Part shown: positions 59,452-62,135 of the stretch, one piece after another
Position numbering within the stretch: the stretch's first letter is position 1
Layout of the letters: each line of letters starts with the position of its first letter
Origin: Verrucomicrobiota bacterium
GTDB taxonomy: Bacteria > Verrucomicrobiota > Verrucomicrobiia > Limisphaerales > DSYF01
Reading direction: 5' to 3'
Assembly (NCBI GenBank): GCA_041181065.1
Contig: JBEGQI010000116.1
Location: 1 to 62,135 of the forward strand
Length of the DNA stretch: 62,135 bases
Made by a program: the position numbers and the translations under genes
Notes under the pieces: generated by a model
What the model saw: only the letters and a program-made list of their open reading frames with translations
Told to the model about the DNA's origin: nothing
The model's database searches: none

Positions 59452-60741
59452 TTACTTTTCCAGTCCCTTCACGTCGGCGGCTTTGACGGTGATGGGCTGG
59501 CCCTTCTTGGGGGTGATCTTCACGTTCTTCAACTCGACGTTTTTGGCGTTACGGATCTCTAACCCGGTTTGTTCGGCGGTGATGTCTATGTTTTCGAGCT
59601 GCACATTCTCCAGATGGCTCTCCGGCAGACCCACGATCACGCCGGCGGCTTTACTGCTGGTGCCTTTCACGTTCCGCAGGACGATGTTTCGATACTTCGG
59701 CGTCGTGGCGGTGACGGGCTTCGCCTCGTCGGCCTCAGGGATGCGCGGGTAATAGCTCGTGATGGTGATGGCGCCGCGCACGTTCTTCATCGTGATGTTC
59801 TCGCAGACGAAACCGTCCACCAAGCCGCCGCGCTTGCGGTCGGACTTGATTCGGATGCCGTTGTCGGTCTCCTCGAAGCTCACGTTGCGGACCACAACAT
59901 TTTTAACGCCGCCCTCCGTCTCGCTACCGATGCTCATGCCGTGGCCGTGCTTGAACACGCAATCCACGATGGCGATGTTCTCGCAGGCAAACTCGCGGCC
60001 CTCGACCTTCTTGCCGGACTTGATGGCGATGTTGTCGTCGCCAACGTCGATGAAGCAGTTCGTCACGGTGACGTTGCGGCTGATGCTCGGGTCGATGGCG
60101 TCGGTGTTCGCGGCGCGTTCGGGTGCGATGATCTTGATGCCTTCGATCCAGACGTTCTCGCACTCAGTCGGCACGAGGTGGAACTTGGGTGAATTCTGGA
60201 TCGTGATGCCCGCGATGCGAAGGTTCGTGATGCGCGTGGGCACGATGAGATTGGGCCGCGGCAGCGTGAAGCCGGAAACCTTGCGGCGCGCTTCCTCGGC
60301 GGCCTCCCACCACACGGAGCCATTGCCTTCGATGGTGCCTTTGCCGGTGATGGTCACATCGGTGCCGTCTTTGATGCTGAGGAACGGATTGAAATCTCCG
60401 CCGCTCTTGGCCGCCAACCAGTCGCCGCTGCCGGACTTGAGGAACAGCGATTGGTTTGTGGACGCAGCGAGCGTGGCGCCTTCCTCCAAGCGCACGGTGA
60501 TCTTGTCGCCCTTCAACACGAGCGGCGCGCTGACGTAGTTGCCCGCGGGGAACACAATCGTGCCGCCGCCTTTCTTGACGGAGTCGAACGCCTTTTGAAT
60601 CGCCGCGGTGTCGAGCGTTTGGCCGTCGCCCTTGGCGCCGAGATCGCGGACGTTTAACACAACTTCGGAGGCATGGGCGTTAAGGTTGAGAATCAGCGCG
60701 GTGCCCAGCAGCAGCGCGAGTGGGGATTTGGTTTTATTCAT
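59452..60741 (-). CDS. GH28 polygalacturonase family protein
   Basis: GAKGDG..LDT.AIQ.A, NTD, GDD, GHG.SIGS, RIK motifs. Confidence 0.93.
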   Translation of the reverse strand: MNKTKSPLALLLGTALILNLNAHASEVVLNVRDLGAKGDGQTLDTAAIQKAFDSVKKGGGTIVFPAGNYVSAPLVLKGDKITVRLEEGATLAASTNQSLFLKSGSGDWLAAKSGGDFNPFLSIKDGTDVTITGKGTIEGNGSVWWEAAEEARRKVSGFTLPRPNLIVPTRITNLRIAGITIQNSPKFHLVPTECENVWIEGIKIIAPERAANTDAIDPSISRNVTVTNCFIDVGDDNIAIKSGKKVEGREFACENIAIVDCVFKHGHGMSIGSETEGGVKNVVVRNVSFEETDNGIRIKSDRKRGGLVDGFVCENITMKNVRGAITITSYYPRIPEADEAKPVTATTPKYRNIVLRNVKGTSSKAAGVIVGLPESHLENVQLENIDITAEQTGLEIRNAKNVELKNVKITPKKGQPITVKAADVKGLEK

Positions 60742-62135
60742 GGGGTGATCGGGATGTTTGCGGAAATGGGGCGTTCGCCGACGAGCATCTTGGTTCCTTC
60801 AGCGGTCAGGCGCAGATACCAGTCGGTCGGCAGGTCGTCGTAAGTGACCCAATGGCCCTGCGTCGGCGGTGTGTTGCTGACTTTGAAGATGGCCGTGCCT
60901 TCGTCCACTTCGTCGAACATCGCCACATAGGCCATGTCGAAGCCGAGCTGCTTGGCGTCGTAAAATTGTCTCCAAAGAAAATTCCCGCCGAGCCGCGGGA
61001 TAAGCGACGTGCCGGGTGCGAGTTGCTGCAAGTTGTCCCAACTGAAACCGGGATAGATCACGGGCAGATACTTCATGCCCGCGTTTGTCGCGGCCTGAAA
61101 ATCGGCAAGCCAGTAGCCGGTGCTCGCGAACTTGTTCGTGCCGCTGGTCGAGTAATTGCCGACGTTCCACGGGGAAATGACGTCAAAGCGGCGCCAGACA
61201 TTCGACCAACCTGCGGTCGTGTCCGTGCGCCACCACCATTGGCAACCGCCGACGAGCGTCACGGGCTGGAGGTCATTCGTCTTGAACCAGCTGATGATCT
61301 GATGCGCGAGGTTCGTGGACATGCGGTCGGTGAAGAATCCCCAGACCATCAACACGGGCTTACCGCCTTCGTGCAGATAGCGCGGGTCCGCCGGCACGCC
61401 GCTCTGCACGAGCGAACGCCAGTCGTTCGTGAGCGTGGCGAATAGCGTGTTCGTCGGCGCGCCGGACATGTCGTAAGTGAGCGCGAGCGCGCGGCCCGTG
61501 CGGTTCGCGGCGGCGCGGGCGTGGTTCAGCACGTTGGTCATCCACGGGCGTCCGTTGATATCGGTGACGAAGCGCTGGACGTAAACGCCGTCGATGCCGT
61601 GCTCAAGCATCCAGTCGAAGTGGCGGCTGACCGTGTTGGAATTTTGCGAGCTGAATAATTGCGCCTGCCCGCCGCCGGGATACGTGAAGCTGCCCGCGAC
61701 GAACTTTTCACCCGCCGAATATTCCGCAAGGTCCGGCCACATCTCGAACGTGACGGTGTTCGTTGTGATCTGGTTCGGGTCGCGACTCCAGTGGATCCAC
61801 GTGGTGCCGCCGTCGCCGAGCGCACGGAACCAGCCTTGATACCCGCACATCACCTTCTTCCGCATCGTGGTGGCGTCCACGGTTTGATTCAGCCGGAAGA
61901 AGCGCGAGGCATTGGTCGTCGCATTCGTGTGCGGATTGGTCGCATTGGTCAATGTGAACCAACCGGCAGTGGAGTTCGTGGAAGTTTCGAGCGCGCCGCG
62001 ACCATTCCAATACACGGCGATGTCGTTTGGGTTGATCGGCGTAGCGGCGAGATGGGAATTAGGTGCGGCGGTGGCGACAACGGTGAGGACCGCGGCTGCC
62101 CCCCGCCGCAGCGGCAACGAAGCAAACCAGGCGAC
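60738..62135 (-). CDS. GH71/GH99-like glycoside hydrolase, 5' end outside the window
   Basis: CGYQGWF, RHF.WM..HGIDG..VQRF, PGFSW.N, YVAMFDEVDEGTAI; frame stays open to the window end. Confidence 0.75.
   Translation of the reverse strand, partial: VAWFASLPLRRGAAAVLTVVATAAPNSHLAATPINPNDIAVYWNGRGALETSTNSTAGWFTLTNATNPHTNATTNASRFFRLNQTVDATTMRKKVMCGYQGWFRALGDGGTTWIHWSRDPNQITTNTVTFEMWPDLAEYSAGEKFVAGSFTYPGGGQAQLFSSQNSNTVSRHFDWMLEHGIDGVYVQRFVTDINGRPWMTNVLNHARAAANRTGRALALTYDMSGAPTNTLFATLTNDWRSLVQSGVPADPRYLHEGGKPVLMVWGFFTDRMSTNLAHQIISWFKTNDLQPVTLVGGCQWWWRTDTTAGWSNVWRRFDVISPWNVGNYSTSGTNKFASTGYWLADFQAATNAGMKYLPVIYPGFSWDNLQQLAPGTSLIPRLGGNFLWRQFYDAKQLGFDMAYVAMFDEVDEGTAIFKVSNTPPTQGHWVTYDDLPTDWYLRLTAEGTKMLVGERPISANIPITP

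Overview
GC-rich bacterial chromosomal window, inferred to be Verrucomicrobiota (Pedosphaera/Limisphaera-like) from kinase architecture, C-terminal W...W...FFRL modules and intergenic periodic repeats; no database search was possible. It begins inside the right end of an IS3-family element that interrupts an outer-membrane beta-barrel gene. Then come housekeeping genes (kdsD, pheA, scpAB, tRNA-Asp, rmlAB, pgk-tpiA-secG, mdh, fabI), an STK/ECF-sigma/FHA signalling block, a large surface-glycan region, an alpha-glucan locus and pectin-type CAZymes. Top finding: a plant-type alpha-glucan,water dikinase (CBM45-like module, GWD core motifs, phospho-His) encoded divergently from an SSIII/SSIV(GlgA2)-type glucan synthase, branching enzyme and GH57, and coupled to a metal TIM-barrel protein and a GH13. 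This suggests a bacterial starch-like phosphoglucan system. Also notable: a nucleotide-sugar cassette matching the lincomycin GDP-octose enzyme set with an SDR in place of the aminotransferase; an animal/fungal-like PGK; a kinase split by one in-frame TGA; a candidate sRNA displaying an anti-Shine-Dalgarno motif; a probable amrS relic; and several palindromic periodic repeats.
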